From Chloroflexota bacterium (GTDB lineage: Bacteria > Chloroflexota > Dehalococcoidia > Dehalococcoidales > UBA2162), in NCBI GenBank assembly GCA_016190825.1, contig JACPPV010000023.1, forward strand, positions 139,476 to 203,475: a stretch of DNA of 64,000 bases, given 5' to 3'. Under the pieces are notes generated by a model, which had not been told where the DNA came from, searched no databases, and saw only the letters and a list, made by a program, of their open reading frames with translations. This document shows positions 37,475-47,894 of this stretch, in pieces. Position numbers and translations under genes: made by a program. Numbering within the stretch: position 1 is the first letter of the stretch; each line of letters begins with the position of its first letter.

Positions 37475-38679
37475 TTTATTGACCCCATAATGGAATATAT
37501 CGGCATGATAAGAGAAAGGGCTATGAAACCCACCACCACCCCAATGAATACCGTCAGGGCAGGCTCAAGGAGCGAGATAAGGACGTTAATCTTCGTACTC
37601 ACCTCCTGGTCATAAAAGTCGGCGATGGAGCCGAAGATTGAGTCGAGGGTGCCCGTTTGCTCTCCCACAGCCGTCATTTCTACCAGCAGGCTTGGGAACA
37701 GTTTGTTTGCCCCCATCAGTTGAGATAAGCTGTGTCCCTGAACAATGCCTGCCTGGACATCTTTTAACGCCTGACCGATGACCATGTTGCCTGTGGTCTG
37801 ACAGGCGATCTCCATTGTCTGGTGGAGCGGCACGCCTGATTTCAGCAGGGCGGACATAGTCCGGCTGAAAAGCGCGATATTGCTCTGGCTCGTGATTGCG
37901 CCGATGGCTGGAATCCTCAGGATGAACCTGTCAAACACCATGCGACCGGATTGCGTTCTGATATACCAAATAGCCAGTATCCCCAGAGCAAGAAGCGTTC
38001 CCAGAAGATGAAATTTGTAACTCGTAAAGAAGTTTGTAATCGCGATAAGAAGCTTCGTTGCCAGGGGCAGCTCAGCACCAAGCCCCTGAAATAGCCCGAG
38101 TAACGGGGGTAAGGCCACAGTGAGCAGCAGAGCGACCACGCCCACAGCCATAGTCAGGACAAGGGCCGGGTATACCATAGCGCGCTTTATCTTTTGCTTT
38201 GCGGCCAGTCCTCTCTCCAGGTAATCAACCGCCTGCCTCAGAGCTGACTCCAGGTTTCCTCCTCGCTCACCGGCGCTCGCTATCTGGAGATATATGTTGG
38301 GGAACACGTGAGGATATTTGTAAAGCGCCTGAGAGAAGGAACTGCCCCCTTCTAGCTCCGCAGCCAGTCCGGCAACAAGCCTCCTGACGGCGCTGCCGGC
38401 AACCTGTTTCTCAAGGAGATGCAGTGCCTGAGTGAGAGAGATTCCGAACTCAATCAGGGTAGCCAGTTGCCGGGAAAAGGCAATAACCTCAGCCAGTTTG
38501 ACCCCAAAAAATGTGGGAAAGAGCTCTTCAGCATTCCGCTTTGGCTTAGCTTCTTTGAGGCTAAGGATGCGATACCCGGCCCGCTGCAAAGCCTCCTCGG
38601 CCAACCCCTCAGCGACGACATCAATTGTGCCTCTCACGAACCTCTTATCGGCGGTGTAAGCTACATAATCATAAGGCAT
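37471..38679 (-). CDS. pilC: Type IV pilus platform protein PilC (T2SS F family)
   Basis: 402 aa. Duplicated T2SSF domains, three TM segments. Confidence 0.9.
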   Translation of the reverse strand: MPYDYVAYTADKRFVRGTIDVVAEGLAEEALQRAGYRILSLKEAKPKRNAEELFPTFFGVKLAEVIAFSRQLATLIEFGISLTQALHLLEKQVAGSAVRRLVAGLAAELEGGSSFSQALYKYPHVFPNIYLQIASAGERGGNLESALRQAVDYLERGLAAKQKIKRAMVYPALVLTMAVGVVALLLTVALPPLLGLFQGLGAELPLATKLLIAITNFFTSYKFHLLGTLLALGILAIWYIRTQSGRMVFDRFILRIPAIGAITSQSNIALFSRTMSALLKSGVPLHQTMEIACQTTGNMVIGQALKDVQAGIVQGHSLSQLMGANKLFPSLLVEMTAVGEQTGTLDSIFGSIADFYDQEVSTKINVLISLLEPALTVFIGVVVGFIALSLIMPIYSIMGSIK

Positions 38680-38774
38680 AGTTTTTCCCCAATCTGATCG
38701 AAGCAGGGGTTTGCCGCAGGCTTATTTCCAGGGAGAACAAAGACGCCTTTAATCGCGGTCAAGCAAATCAAAAA

Positions 38775-40532
38775 TCAGTTAACTGAAACCACGTTGCGGA
38801 GCACCTCATACAGGGTAGTTGTACCGGCTTTTGCCTTGAGCATCCCGTCATGCCTCATGGTAATCATTCCTTCCCGCAGCGCCTGATTCCTGATTTCGCT
38901 GGGGCTTGGCTGAACCGACAACATTCGCCTGACCTCTTCGCTGACCTCCAGGCACTCAAAAATCCCGATTCTTCCCAGGTAACCGGTGCTGGCGCAATTA
39001 TTGCAACCCGGCCCGGTATGAAAGACTGTGCGCTCTTCCCCCGTTTCTTCCCGGTAGGCGATGCATTCTTCTATGGGTGGCTGGAAGAGGGTCTGGCAAT
39101 GGGGGCAAATACGGCGGATAATTCGCTGGGAGACAACGCCCAGCAAAGTCGCCGCGATGAGATATGGCTCGATACCCAGGTCCATCAGCCTGAAAAATAC
39201 CCCGATGGCATCATTGGCGTGGATAGAGGAAAGCACAAGATGCCCCGTGAGGGCGGCCTGAATCGCCACCCTGGCCGTCTCGCTATCACGGATCTCGCCT
39301 ACCAGGATCACATCTGGATCATGGCGCATGATTGTGCGCAGTCCTGAAGCAAAGGTAAGACCCGCTTTGGGATTGACCTGCACTTGATTGATATCCAGGA
39401 ACCGGTATTCTACCGGGTCCTCAATGGTCATAATGTTAAGGCCGCTCCGGTCAAGCTGGCTGATCGAGGCGTAAAGGGTGGTGGTCTTACCTGAGCCGGT
39501 AGGACCCGAAATAAGTATCATGCCAAAGGGGTTCTTCAACATTTGGCGATATTTCTTGAGGGCTTCGCTCTGCAAACCCAGCTCAGCTAGAGAGATAAGG
39601 GCCAGGGATTTGTCCAGGATGCGCAGCGTCATTCTTTCGCCGTAGAGCGTCTCTGTGGTAGCCACACGGATATCTATGCTCTTGTCCGCCACCTTGATCG
39701 AGAGTTGTCCATCCTGCGGGCGCCGTTGCTCAGCAATATTCATTCCGGCCATAATTTTTATCCTGGATAGGAGCCGGGCATGGACATTTAACGGTAAGGA
39801 GAACGCTTCGCTGAGGACGCCGTCTATGCGAAAGCGGATGCGCAGTCTATCTTCCTGGGGCTCAATGTGGACGTCCGAGGCGCGGTCGCGGACTGCCTGC
39901 GTCACGAGCAGGTCAAGGATTTCGACGATCGGGGTCCGGGCAAGGATTTCCGGAGTGACCGGCGCATCCAGTTTCGCCGGAAAAGGAGTCTCAAAGTAGC
40001 TGACCTGTTTCTGGATCTCCCCGCCGGCACGGTAGCTACGGTCGATGGCGGCGCGAATATCGGTCGGAATACCCAGCGCCGGTTCCACCCTCATTTTACA
40101 GAGTACCTGAAGATCATCTATGGTCCGAACGTCATCAGGATCAGCCATCACCACGACCAGGGCATCACCAACGATATCCATCGGGATGAGGGTCTGCTTT
40201 CTGGCGATGTCTTCAGGAACCAACTGCAGGGCGCGGAGCTGGACGACGTGTCTGCCGAGGTCTATGAACGGCACATTTAGCTGAATGCTTTGCACCATTC
40301 CCAGGTCCTCGGGGGTAATCAGCTTCTGCTCTACCAGCACCTCACCGAGTCTTTTCTTTTGCTTCTGCTGTAGCTTGCTCGCATAATCGAGCTGCTCGGG
40401 TGTGATGAACTCCGCCTCGATTAGCGCCTGGCCCAGGTTCTTTCTCTGGGTCCCGTTACCGCTACCATTCCTGGGTTTTTCCTCTTCCATATTTGCTTCT
40501 CCCCACTGGATCCGGGCATTGCCTTTTGACAT
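38775..40532 (-). CDS. pilB: Type IV pilus assembly ATPase PilB (GspE family)
   Basis: 585 aa. Walker A GPTGSGKTT, Asp box, Walker B ILVGEIRD, His box, tetracysteine CPHC..CNNC. N-terminal T2SSE_N region. GGGGAGG RBS. Confidence 0.92.
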   Translation of the reverse strand: MSKGNARIQWGEANMEEEKPRNGSGNGTQRKNLGQALIEAEFITPEQLDYASKLQQKQKKRLGEVLVEQKLITPEDLGMVQSIQLNVPFIDLGRHVVQLRALQLVPEDIARKQTLIPMDIVGDALVVVMADPDDVRTIDDLQVLCKMRVEPALGIPTDIRAAIDRSYRAGGEIQKQVSYFETPFPAKLDAPVTPEILARTPIVEILDLLVTQAVRDRASDVHIEPQEDRLRIRFRIDGVLSEAFSLPLNVHARLLSRIKIMAGMNIAEQRRPQDGQLSIKVADKSIDIRVATTETLYGERMTLRILDKSLALISLAELGLQSEALKKYRQMLKNPFGMILISGPTGSGKTTTLYASISQLDRSGLNIMTIEDPVEYRFLDINQVQVNPKAGLTFASGLRTIMRHDPDVILVGEIRDSETARVAIQAALTGHLVLSSIHANDAIGVFFRLMDLGIEPYLIAATLLGVVSQRIIRRICPHCQTLFQPPIEECIAYREETGEERTVFHTGPGCNNCASTGYLGRIGIFECLEVSEEVRRMLSVQPSPSEIRNQALREGMITMRHDGMLKAKAGTTTLYEVLRNVVSVN

Positions 40533-40636
40533 AATCTATACCTCCCCAGGGTCAGGAGCAATCACCCAAAAGAATGATTCTAGGATGAAAAAAGCTGGCG
40601 AGTACCGAATTGCATAACTAAGCTCTCTCATGCGCG

Positions 40637-40695
40637 CCGTTCATGGTGAGCTTGTCAAACCATGGGCATGCCCTTCGACAGGCTCAGGGCGAACG
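40637..40695. repeat. 59-bp palindromic repeat (CCGTTC...GAACGG family)
   Basis: ccgttcatggtgagcttgtcaaaccatgggcatgcccttcgacaggctcagggcgaacgg. Confidence 0.8.
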
Positions 40696-40815
40696 GTTTT
40701 ATTGTGATGCCTCTTTTGTATAACTAGGTACCCGGTACTAATCCGCTGTCAAACTTTCAAAAGAAAGGTACAATCCCCATTGGGACGGACTTTCAAATCA
40801 ACCATCCCCGCATCG

Positions 40816-41193
40816 TCATCCCCCCTTCTTGGCCAGCAAGTTTCCCACCCTTCTCACAATTTCCGAGGGGTCTGCCGGCTTGGGCAGGTAATCATCGGCC
40901 CCCACTTTGCGGCCAGTGGATATATCCGTCTCTTGAGCCTTGGCTGAGAGCATCAGGACGGGAATAATGGCAGTCTGAGGGTCAGCCCGCAAGCGGTGAC
41001 AGACCTCAAAACCGTCCAACCCGGGCAGCATGACATCAAGAACGATGAGGTCAGGCTTTTCGTCCCGGGCCTTTTTCAATCCCTCCATCCCGTTTGAGGC
41101 GGTTATCACCTGGTAACCTTCGTGTTCCAGCGTGTAACCCACAAGCCTCCGGGCGCCGGGGTCGTCTTCGACTATCAAAATCTTGCTAGCCAA
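40816..41193 (-). CDS. Single-domain response regulator (CheY-like receiver)
   Basis: TTG start overlaps the kinase stop (aTTGgcTAG). KILIVEDD, phospho-acceptor [13 protein letters not shown], conserved Lys PKP. No output domain. Confidence 0.8.
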   Translation of the reverse strand: MASKILIVEDDPGARRLVGYTLEHEGYQVITASNGMEGLKKARDEKPDLIVLDVMLPGLDGFEVCHRLRADPQTAIIPVLMLSAKAQETDISTGRKVGADDYLPKPADPSEIVRRVGNLLAKKGG

Positions 41194-42763
41194 TGGAGCT
41201 TCCTTCAGGCCGATCTTTCTGGTCGAGGCCTTCCGGGGGAACATATGGAGGGAGGGTGAAGCTGAAGATGCTGCCCTTGCCCAGCTCACTTTCCACCCAG
41301 ATACGACCGCCGTGTCTTTCGACAATCTGTCTTGTGATGTACAACCCCAGCCCCGCCCCACCGCGGGCCATGGGGTCGCTTGCTCGATAGAACCTTTCAA
41401 AAAGATGCGGCATCGCCTCCGGAGGAATGCCGATGCCGTGGTCAATAACCTGTGCTTTCAGCATACCATCGCTGACCGCCGCCCTTACGACGACGTCACT
41501 GCTGTTATCACTGAATTTGATGGCATTCCCGAGCAGATTCGTCAGCACCTGCCTTATCCGGTCCTCGTCTCCGTAAACGTCTGGCAGCGGCGCTTTAATA
41601 TCCAGTTTGATAACAATACCTTTTTCGTGGGCTAAGCTGAAAAATCCCGCCGTTACCACGCGGATTAGCCCTTCCATCATCAGCGGTCCCTTTCGTATCT
41701 TGAACTGCCCCGCTTCAATAGACGAAACATCAATCAGGTTATTGACCAGTTTGCTGAGATGCTCGGCCTGCTGGTCTATAATGGAGAGGAACTCTTTCTG
41801 GGTCTCAAGGTCGGGGACTTTGCCCTCCAGCATAAGTTTGTTGAAGCCAGCTATGGAGTGAAGCGGGGTGCGCAGTTCATGGGAAATGTTAGCCACGAAC
41901 TCGGACCTCATGCGGGCCAGTTCTCTCTCCTGGGTAATATCATGGATTACCTGTATTTCTCCCAAATGCTGGCCAGCGTCCTCGATGACTTCCGACGGCG
42001 AAAGCGTCAGAACCCTGGTTTTCGGTCTTTCCAGGGACAGCATTTCCACCGGCCGCTCTACCGTGTTCAGAAAGGCGAGCAATGGCTGTAGCTCTTCCGG
42101 GGACTTGCCAATCACCTCCGATGCCTGCAAGCCGGTCATACTCTCCAACGCCGCGTTAAAAATGGTAACCCGGCGGTTCTGGTCGACCGCTATCAAACCA
42201 TCGGACATGTGACTGATGACCCTCTCCAAGTTTTGCTTCTCCATCTTCATCTGCTCAAAAAGCTGCCCATTCCTGATGGCCGCGGCCACCTGCTCGGCCA
42301 TCATAGCCATAATTTGCCTCCGGCTGTCGTCAAAAGCGTTTTCCGAAACAGACCCTACGACAAGCGCCCCTATTGTTTCCTTTCCAACATCCAGGGGCAG
42401 ACAAAGAAAGGACTTCATATCTGTATTGTCCCCGATGGTATTCCCAACATCCCAAAAGCTGCTTTCCACTGTGATAGCCGTCTTGTCCAAGCGGGCGAAA
42501 TCTCCCGGAAGGGCATTCATCGCATCAAGGATTTTCTCAGTGAATCTGCTGGCGATGGCTTCCCCGCCGGGACGAGGTACTTTTACGGACAGTTTCCAGG
42601 GCTGATGATGGTCAGCGATATCCCTCACCAAAATGCCGGCAACATGGGAGGGAGCAACCTTCAGAAGGTAATCGAGAGCAAGATTAACCGCCCGGCGGCT
42701 GTCTATATTGGCACCCAGATCCTTTGAAAATTGGTAAAGCAGGTTGGCTTCCCCTTCCAGCAT
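41186..42763 (-). CDS. Cytoplasmic GAF-PAS sensor histidine kinase
   Basis: 525 aa. H-box SHELRTPL, N box LLGNAIKF, G1 DHGIGI, G2 GGAGLGL. Confidence 0.85.
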   Translation of the reverse strand: MLEGEANLLYQFSKDLGANIDSRRAVNLALDYLLKVAPSHVAGILVRDIADHHQPWKLSVKVPRPGGEAIASRFTEKILDAMNALPGDFARLDKTAITVESSFWDVGNTIGDNTDMKSFLCLPLDVGKETIGALVVGSVSENAFDDSRRQIMAMMAEQVAAAIRNGQLFEQMKMEKQNLERVISHMSDGLIAVDQNRRVTIFNAALESMTGLQASEVIGKSPEELQPLLAFLNTVERPVEMLSLERPKTRVLTLSPSEVIEDAGQHLGEIQVIHDITQERELARMRSEFVANISHELRTPLHSIAGFNKLMLEGKVPDLETQKEFLSIIDQQAEHLSKLVNNLIDVSSIEAGQFKIRKGPLMMEGLIRVVTAGFFSLAHEKGIVIKLDIKAPLPDVYGDEDRIRQVLTNLLGNAIKFSDNSSDVVVRAAVSDGMLKAQVIDHGIGIPPEAMPHLFERFYRASDPMARGGAGLGLYITRQIVERHGGRIWVESELGKGSIFSFTLPPYVPPEGLDQKDRPEGSSIG

Positions 42764-42884
42764 CGCTTTTTATCTCCGCGAATCCAATTTGAAAGATGCA
42801 GACCCATTGAAGCGCTTATAGCCCCCAACTAAAAGGGGGCTATGCCTCCAGCTCCTGCGGTCAGGCACGATTTGATGATTACTA

Positions 42885-43229
42885 CTATTGCTGGGCTGTT
42901 ATTGTCCCGTTTTGAGACCAGGTGTACTCATATTTGCTGTAATCGGTACCAACCGGGCGTAAATAGATACTGAAAGGGTCAGTTCCTGCAATAGCTCTTG
43001 GCGTGCCAGAATACTCAGTAATAGTGGTAAGGTTGTTTTTCGCCATGTAGGCATCTATCGCCGTCTGCACAGCATTTTTCTCAGCTAACATCGCTTCGGT
43101 TTTCCCGGTACCAATGAAACCGGTCAATGCCGCCACAGCGACTGCGAGCAGCACGCCTATAATCCCCACCACTATCAGCAGCTCTATCAGTGTGAACCCC
43201 TTTTCTTCCCGGCGAACCATTTTCAGCAT
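42885..43229 (-). CDS. Type IV pilin (short, probable major subunit)
   Basis: 114 aa. MLKMVRREEKG/FTLIELLIVVGIIGVLLAVAV. Confidence 0.85.
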   Translation of the reverse strand: MLKMVRREEKGFTLIELLIVVGIIGVLLAVAVAALTGFIGTGKTEAMLAEKNAVQTAIDAYMAKNNLTTITEYSGTPRAIAGTDPFSIYLRPVGTDYSKYEYTWSQNGTITAQQ

Positions 43230-43863
43230 ATGACTCTCCTTCCCTACTCCTTTTTGTTGGTCTTTGTTTTAATCCGCTGGCATCAAAATAACATAATACT
43301 AATGAGCCAACGGCAGAATTTATATCACACTGCAAATATCAGTGCAAGTCCTCAAAACTTATTAAAAACATGCAAAATTGGTCTACTCATGCTTTGCATC
43401 TGCGCACAATGTTACTCCGCAACAGTTCAGAATACCGGATCCGATTATTTGCCTAAAATCATTCGACCAAAGGCTTCAGCTGACTGATACCTTTGCTACG
43501 TTTGTCTGAGCCAGCACTTTTTGACTTTAGCCCAATTGATTTGTCCACGTTTCACCGCAATCGTAGTCTTCTTTCCGGGGTCAATCAATCACCCGAAAGT
43601 ATGACTTTGGAATGAAAATTGCTTGAGTCTGCCTCAACTCGTGCCTCTGCCCCGCAACGGTAAATCTATGATCCCCGGCTGGATACTGCCGAGTCATCAA
43701 CGTTCAGCAGATAAGGCTGATCGCAGCGAAGACCGGCGGTTCAAATTCTCTCGGAGTCGCCAACTTCCTGACTCCGGTCCCCGGCTTACCGAAACGCTTC
43801 TGCCGAGGTTGTTTAGCAACTCACCCAAGCCGTTCGTGGCTCGCCACCGACCCTCGCCACAGG

Positions 43864-43985
43864 TGGTGAGCCGTTAGCCTGCCCTGAGAGCAGACGAAGG
43901 GAACCACAACTGCCCTTCGACAAGCTCAGAGCCTGCCCCCGTTCCCGTGTCACGCACGGGACAAGACTTGATACGGGGGCGAACG
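43864..43985. repeat. Diverged reverse-orientation copy of the 109-bp composite repeat
   Basis: ..cccttcgacaagctcagagcctgccccc..cttgatacgggggcgaacgg aligns with the reverse complement of 10533-10641, with an internal insertion. Confidence 0.6.
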
Positions 43986-44075
43986 GAGTTATTAAACGCT
44001 CTCTCTGCCCTGTTTTGCAAAAATGCCCTTTTTGAGTTATGATTACACATATTCTCATTCTGGGAAGATAGCGGC

Positions 44076-44654
44076 ATGAAGAAACAAATGGCTACCCTTA
44101 TCTCCAATGTTCTGAATCCCTTTCTTGTCGGCCTGGCCATCATCCTGTTGCTGTCTTTCGCCTCAGCCGCAAATCCCGCCGACGCTCTCAAATGGGCGCT
44201 GGTTGCCGTAGGCCTGAGCGTGTTCCCGGTTTTCGTCATCGTCGTGTACTTGCTCAGGACAGGGCGTCTCGATAACCTCTTCGCTAACGTCCGCGAGCAG
44301 AGAACAAAAATTTACGTGGTGAACAGCCTCTGTGCGGTTGCCGGCGTCATCATCTTGGCTTATCTTGGCGCCCCGGCAACACTCGTAGCTGTATTTGCTA
44401 CCGGTTTAGCGGCAACCATAATCTTTATGTGCATCAATTTCTGGTGGAAAATAAGCCTGCACACAGCCTTTATTGCCGCTTCCGCGATGGTGCTTGTCAT
44501 CCTGTATGGCTGGGTGGGTGTGCCAACGATAACGCTGATCCCCCTGACTGCATGGGCAAGGATTGAATTGAAATCCCACTCCTTCGCCCAGGCGGTTGCC
44601 GGAGCGCTCCTCGCTGCGGTAATCGTCGTTGCCGTATTCTATCCGCTGGTCTAG
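44076..44654 (+). CDS. Integral membrane protein, PAP2-phosphatase-like
   Basis: 192 aa, about 6 TM helices. KISLHTA and RIELKSHSFAQAVAG resemble PAP2 motifs C2/C3. Moderate match only. Confidence 0.45.
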   Translation: MKKQMATLISNVLNPFLVGLAIILLLSFASAANPADALKWALVAVGLSVFPVFVIVVYLLRTGRLDNLFANVREQRTKIYVVNSLCAVAGVIILAYLGAPATLVAVFATGLAATIIFMCINFWWKISLHTAFIAASAMVLVILYGWVGVPTITLIPLTAWARIELKSHSFAQAVAGALLAAVIVVAVFYPLV

Positions 44655-44742
44655 TGTCCTGAGCCGCTGAAACAAAAAGACTCCAACCATGCGTTGGAGT
44701 CTTTGACTTGTCTGCGCGTTTCTTGACGCGCGTATAAAGGCT

Positions 44743-44925
44743 TCACTCGGACGAACTTTTCCCGCCGGTACCGACTGGCACCGGACTTTCAGTAGACTTA
44801 GCAAGTCTCTTCAGCTCAATCCGGTAGGCGCATTGCAGACATTGCTGATGCCAGGTAGACATGTCCTGCTGTATGAACATGTCCCCTCCGCATCGAGGGC
44901 AACTCTTCAATTTCCACATCACCAT
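44743..44925 (-). CDS. Small zinc-ribbon protein (hypothetical)
   Basis: MVMWKLKSCPRCGG..(16)..CLQC. GAGGGGGTGAGG RBS upstream of the internal Met. The 5' part of the listed ORF is not used. Confidence 0.45.
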   Translation of the reverse strand: MVMWKLKSCPRCGGDMFIQQDMSTWHQQCLQCAYRIELKRLAKSTESPVPVGTGGKSSSE

Positions 44926-45280
44926 TTGCCTCACCCCCTCATCATTGGCAAGATGTAATTCATTTACAAAGTATTTTAGCCAGATGTGGCAGACAAATCT
45001 GTGACTTTTGTCCCAATAGGAAAAGCAAGCCAGATGCGATACCACGATATTTAGTATGACTTTGATCCTGAAATCAATGCCTGGATAAACTGACAAACAT
45101 CTAAAATGTTACGCCGTTAAGGCGTGGCAACCCAGTGCCGGTGGAACCTCCGCCGAGAGTGTGTCTGAGTAATGCTTGATATTGTAATAATCTGCCTATT
45201 TGTCTGAGCAATAATACACATACGCTTGCTGCCATGATTTGTGCTTTATAAATTATGGTGAGTGTCGGTCATTCCAAATA

Positions 45281-46384
45281 TTACTTGGGCACACTCTCAG
45301 ACACATTGAAAGGGGCGCTGATGGTGGGGGCCAATCCGAGGCTGGTGGCGGTCAATGCGTAACGAAAACCAGCGAGATCGATGGACAAATGTGCCCACGT
45401 GGCCACGCCATTCACGGCATTGACCGTCTTTGTGCCGGACAGTATAGCCCCGCCTGTGCCGGTGCCGGGAGTGATAGCCAGCGTCACGGGTGCCGTGGAA
45501 GTGGTCACTGTATTCCCGTAGGAGTCCAGTACGTTCACTTTGATCTCCTTGGTGAGGGTTGATCCAGCCTCAAATCCAGCAGGGACTTTGGTGAAGGCAA
45601 GCTTCGTTGCCGCGCCGGGCGTCACATTGAAGGAATTGCTAATGGCTGAAGTCAACCCACGACCGATGGCTGCCAGGCTGTAGTGAGACCCAGCCAAACG
45701 GATCGAGAGGTCAGTGAACGTGGCTACCCCGTTTACCGCGTTAACCGTCGTTGTTCCGTATAGCGTTGCCCTGTCACCGCTGACAATTAGCGTCACCGGT
45801 GCCGTAGAAGTGGTCACAGTGTTGCCATTAGCATCTTCTATTCTCACTACCGGTTGGACGGGCAGGACTGACTCAGCCGTAGCCTCAACAAGCTCCGTCA
45901 CAAAAACGAGTTTCATTGTCTCGTTAGATGACCCTTGGGCCAGTAAGGAAGTTCCTGTTGGTACGGGTGAAAATCCGAACGGCGTGGGAGAATCAGTCTT
46001 TGTTCTTCTATTACCGGAAGCGACCAGAATGGCCGCTAGTGTTAGTACCACTGTGAGAGCGATTAATAAATATTTCTTCCTCGTTGATACCTGAAAAAAC
46101 TGATTTCCAGCAGTCTGCTGAGACCGCCCGGCGGGTCTTACCGTGGAAGGGGTTTCTGCCGGACGGTTCTCGTCAGAAACGGCCTCAAGGTCTTCTTCCA
46201 CGAAGCGGGCAGCCGGACGTAAGCCTCTCCACTCAAATCTCACCATGTACCAGAAGCCACTTGAGCGCTTCGAAGGAGGTGAATAACTCGAAGGGCTATC
46301 ATCCACCATCCCAATTTGACCTCTATACGGTGAATGGGAAACCAAACGGACTTTTACTCTATCGCCTTTATTGAACTTTGGCAT
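45281..46384 (-). CDS. Single-pass membrane protein: N-terminal KOW/SH3-like domain, TM helix, two Ig-like repeats
   Basis: MPKFNKGDRVKVRL..GQIGMV, TM helix YLLIALTVVLTLAAILV, then two ~90-aa repeats (..NGNTVTTSTAPVTL..GT.TVNAVNGVAT...LSI..AG.Y.L.A). The start overlaps the upstream stop by 17 nt. Confidence 0.6.
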   Translation of the reverse strand: MPKFNKGDRVKVRLVSHSPYRGQIGMVDDSPSSYSPPSKRSSGFWYMVRFEWRGLRPAARFVEEDLEAVSDENRPAETPSTVRPAGRSQQTAGNQFFQVSTRKKYLLIALTVVLTLAAILVASGNRRTKTDSPTPFGFSPVPTGTSLLAQGSSNETMKLVFVTELVEATAESVLPVQPVVRIEDANGNTVTTSTAPVTLIVSGDRATLYGTTTVNAVNGVATFTDLSIRLAGSHYSLAAIGRGLTSAISNSFNVTPGAATKLAFTKVPAGFEAGSTLTKEIKVNVLDSYGNTVTTSTAPVTLAITPGTGTGGAILSGTKTVNAVNGVATWAHLSIDLAGFRYALTATSLGLAPTISAPFNVSESVPK

Positions 46385-47894
46385 ATATTTCCGGCCCCCC
46401 GCCAACAAAAATCCTGTTATATAGGTCTACCCCGTAGCTGGTGTCCAGTGGCTCACCATTAGTCAGCCTGTAAGTTCGGGTTCCGTCCGTCTTTCTTTCA
46501 GCACGCAAGAAAAGAGCCTCATTCGTCCTTGCTTCGTAGAGCTCGTGCGCAAACTGATACAGATGAGATACGAAGATTACCTTGACCTGCCTCTCTATCA
46601 TAGCAGCTACTATCTGTCTCGCAATCTCTGATCCTTCTATCTCGTTCGTGGCGGCAAACGTTTCGTTAAGCAGAACCAGAGAATGGGCGGACAAATGGTC
46701 TGCAATTTGACTCATGCGGCTAAGTTCATCATCCAATTTGCCGCTTTCCATAGAGACGTCTTCCTTGCGCTTAAAGTGTGTGAAAAGCCCTGTGCACAAA
46801 TTGGCACAAAAAGAACGGGCTGGAACAAACATCCCGCAATGCATCATCATTTGTGATAGGCCTACGCTCCGCAAAAAGGTCGTCTTTCCACCCTTGTTAG
46901 CTCCGGTCACTATGATGAGACTCTTGCTATCGGCATTGATGTCGTTCGCTACCACCTGTTGTCCCATGCTCAGTGCCAGGGAAATGTCATAAAGCCCCTC
47001 GGATGAGAATATGCGCTCGCCCACCGCGGCAACCACAGGAAAGCACGTTGGCTCACCCAATTCGGCAAGGCGCTCATGCAGATTGACACAGCCCAGGTAG
47101 AATGCGAGTTCGGTCTGCAATGTAACAAGGAAGTTGAGAACGTGGTCTACCGATTGGGCAGTGGCATTGGCCACTGAGTTGATCCCCCTGTTCCTAAGCT
47201 CGCCCAGTTTCCTGATCGCAGTCTCATCTTGGTCATTGATACGGAAGGTGTATGCTCTTGGCCCCCTGCTGAATACCCGTTGGATCCATTTCTTCTGGTT
47301 GTTTGATTTGAGCAATACGTAGTTGCTGCCCCGGTTGCCTTTCCCTAACTGTGCGCCGATCAGAACTTCATCTCGCAAACTCAACTCCCAAAGATGCCCC
47401 TCAATTTCTTCCAGGTATTCGCTGCTAATCTCTCCCTTGATTCTTGCGAAGAACTCTTTAAAACCCTCCGATTCAAATTTACCGGCATCTTGATCAGCAA
47501 CGCTCTTCAGTGTTTTCAGCGTACCCAGGAATACTTGTAAACTTTCGACGGCACGGAAGAGAATCGACCATGGGGAGTTGGCAAGGCCTGCGGCCCAGTG
47601 GGACACTTTTCTGTCTCCAATAACGCTAACCGCGAGCTCGTACAGTCTCTTTACCACAAAGGGATTCTTCAGACAATCCCTGAGGACTGCCTGTCGGTAA
47701 AATATGACGTCGGGTCCGTTACCGAAGCCTGACAGTAGCGCGCTCTGTGCCACTCGGTGTAGGAACTCGTCGTCATTGGCCATGGCGCTGGAAATGGGAG
47801 CAAGTTGGAGGTCCTGGATCAACTCCGGGCCGTTCCAAGGCGCATTTTGCTCCAGATCGAAGTCTCGATCCTTGTACATCAGGTAGACTTTCAC
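46368..47894 (-). CDS. MutS-domain-V-only ATPase, paralog B
   Basis: 508 aa. Walker A GANKGGKTT, Walker B LVLLNETFAATN (Asn in place of Asp), FVSHLYQF. No MutS domain I or Smr recognisable. GTG start shares 1 nt with the upstream stop (taGTG). Confidence 0.8.
   Translation of the reverse strand: MKVYLMYKDRDFDLEQNAPWNGPELIQDLQLAPISSAMANDDEFLHRVAQSALLSGFGNGPDVIFYRQAVLRDCLKNPFVVKRLYELAVSVIGDRKVSHWAAGLANSPWSILFRAVESLQVFLGTLKTLKSVADQDAGKFESEGFKEFFARIKGEISSEYLEEIEGHLWELSLRDEVLIGAQLGKGNRGSNYVLLKSNNQKKWIQRVFSRGPRAYTFRINDQDETAIRKLGELRNRGINSVANATAQSVDHVLNFLVTLQTELAFYLGCVNLHERLAELGEPTCFPVVAAVGERIFSSEGLYDISLALSMGQQVVANDINADSKSLIIVTGANKGGKTTFLRSVGLSQMMMHCGMFVPARSFCANLCTGLFTHFKRKEDVSMESGKLDDELSRMSQIADHLSAHSLVLLNETFAATNEIEGSEIARQIVAAMIERQVKVIFVSHLYQFAHELYEARTNEALFLRAERKTDGTRTYRLTNGEPLDTSYGVDLYNRIFVGGGPEIYAKVQ

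Noticed and set aside
43230-43620. AT-rich ~390-bp region upstream of the short pilin gene, examined for a sigma54 (GG-N10-GC) promoter
   Set aside because: No correctly spaced TGGCAC-N5-TTGC element was found on the minus strand. The region probably holds a promoter and long leader, but I cannot place them.
43700-43775. tRNA-like 3' end (..GGCGGTTCAAATTCTCTCGGAGTCGCCA)
   Set aside because: It has a T-loop-like GGTTCAAAT and a ..GCCA end, but the flanking bases cannot form a T-stem or an acceptor stem. I also found no convincing tmRNA, SRP or RNase P cores nearby. It may be a tRNA fragment or a chance match.
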